Positions 63,066 through 64,000 of a DNA stretch of 64,000 bases are shown here, piece by piece. The position numbers and the translations under genes were made by a program. A model generated the notes under the pieces. It made no database searches, was not told the DNA's origin, and saw only the letters and a list, made by a program, of their open reading frames with translations. Position 1 is the stretch's first letter, and each line of letters starts with the position of its first letter. This DNA comes from Chitinophagaceae bacterium (GTDB lineage Bacteria; Bacteroidota; Bacteroidia; Chitinophagales; Chitinophagaceae), in assembly GCA_041739485.1 (NCBI GenBank), contig JBGSNV010000119.1, positions 778 to 64,777 on the forward strand. The letters are read 5' to 3'.

Positions 63066-64000
63066 GTGAATTACGAGCAAACGATTGATTTCCTGTACAG
63101 CCGGCTCCCTATGTTTACACGAATTGGAGCGGCAGCCTATAAAAAGGACCTGCACAATACGATTGTTTTGCTAGAGGCGCTGGGCAATCCGCACCACCGG
63201 TTCAAATCTATCCACCTGGCAGGTACCAATGGCAAGGGAAGCTGTAGCCATATGTTGGCGGCTGTGTTTCATAAGGCCGGCTATAAAACAGGGCTCTATA
63301 CCTCCCCGCATCTGTACGATTTCAGAGAACGCATCAAAGTCTCAGGAAACGAAAATCTGGAAATGATTTCCAAAGATTTCGTTATCAGCTTTACTGAAAA
63401 AATAAAACCCGTACTGGAGAAAATTGAACCGAGTTTTTTTGAAGTAACCGTAGCGATGGCCTTTGAATGGTTTGCCGTACAGGAAGTAGATATTGCCATC
63501 ATTGAAACCGGTCTTGGCGGCCGACTCGACAGCACCAATATCATTACGCCGGAGCTGAGCATCATTACCAATATCGGTTGGGATCACATGAATTTACTGG
63601 GAGACACACTGGCAAAAATCGCGTTTGAAAAAGCGGGCATCATCAAACCCCATGTGCCGGTGGTGATTGGAGAAGCGCTTGAAGAAACACTCCCTGTTTT
63701 TATCGAAAAAGCAAAAAGCTGCGAAGCACCGGTATACTTTGCTTCTGAACATTGGCAACCCGCATCGATCGTTGCCGGCATGGAACAATTGCAAATGCAA
63801 ATGTATAAACCGGGAGGAGCCGAAGCATTGGATATTCAATGCGATCTGCCGGGTCTTTATCAGCAATACAATCTTTGTACCGTTCTAACGGCGGTGGACT
63901 TGCTGCGGGGAATGGGTTGGTCTATTGGCGAAAAAACACTGATTGCGGCACTTGCCACCGTAAAACAATTTACCGGTCTTTGGGGGCGTTGGCAGGTAAT
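63066..64000 (+). CDS. folC: Folylpolyglutamate synthase/dihydrofolate synthase; runs off the right edge
   Basis: Read by hand from GTG at 63066: MNYEQTIDFLYSRLPMF...IHLAGTNGKGS...GLYTSPHL.DFRERI...IETGLGGRLDSTN...EKAGIIK. Confidence 0.95.
   Translation, partial: MNYEQTIDFLYSRLPMFTRIGAAAYKKDLHNTIVLLEALGNPHHRFKSIHLAGTNGKGSCSHMLAAVFHKAGYKTGLYTSPHLYDFRERIKVSGNENLEMISKDFVISFTEKIKPVLEKIEPSFFEVTVAMAFEWFAVQEVDIAIIETGLGGRLDSTNIITPELSIITNIGWDHMNLLGDTLAKIAFEKAGIIKPHVPVVIGEALEETLPVFIEKAKSCEAPVYFASEHWQPASIVAGMEQLQMQMYKPGGAEALDIQCDLPGLYQQYNLCTVLTAVDLLRGMGWSIGEKTLIAALATVKQFTGLWGRWQV

Overview
A 64-kb window from a Bacteroidetes (Bacteroidota) chromosome, inferred from repeated TAnnTTTG promoter boxes and lineage-typical gene families. 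Left end: a conserved pair of hypothetical genes (one interrupted by an in-frame TGA) and secA. At about 7.6-15.4 kb lies a type II-C CRISPR-Cas locus: an HTH-WYL regulator, an antisense tracrRNA, a 1468-aa Cas9 with intact catalytic motifs, cas1, cas2, a GxxExxY (PD-(D/E)XK-like) gene, and a mini-array of two 47-nt repeats with one spacer. A DUF6261-like gene and a small HTH gene follow. An AT-rich, stress-type island (CsbD, AraC, response regulator, CHASE3/PAS kinase, beta-barrel, small membrane protein) spans about 18.3-26.2 kb. Several intergenic regions hold mosaic heptamer and REP-like repeats. The right half is housekeeping: leuACDB, an Ile/Val/Leu attenuator, ilvEDBNCA, gltBD, thrABC, a saccharopine-dehydrogenase-like gene with a candidate leader peptide, a lactonase, a TonB-like protein and the start of folC. 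The most interesting candidate is a WYL-controlled Cas9 with a single, self-promoted crRNA and an accessory nuclease in the Cas4 position. All family assignments come from motif recognition; no database searches were run.
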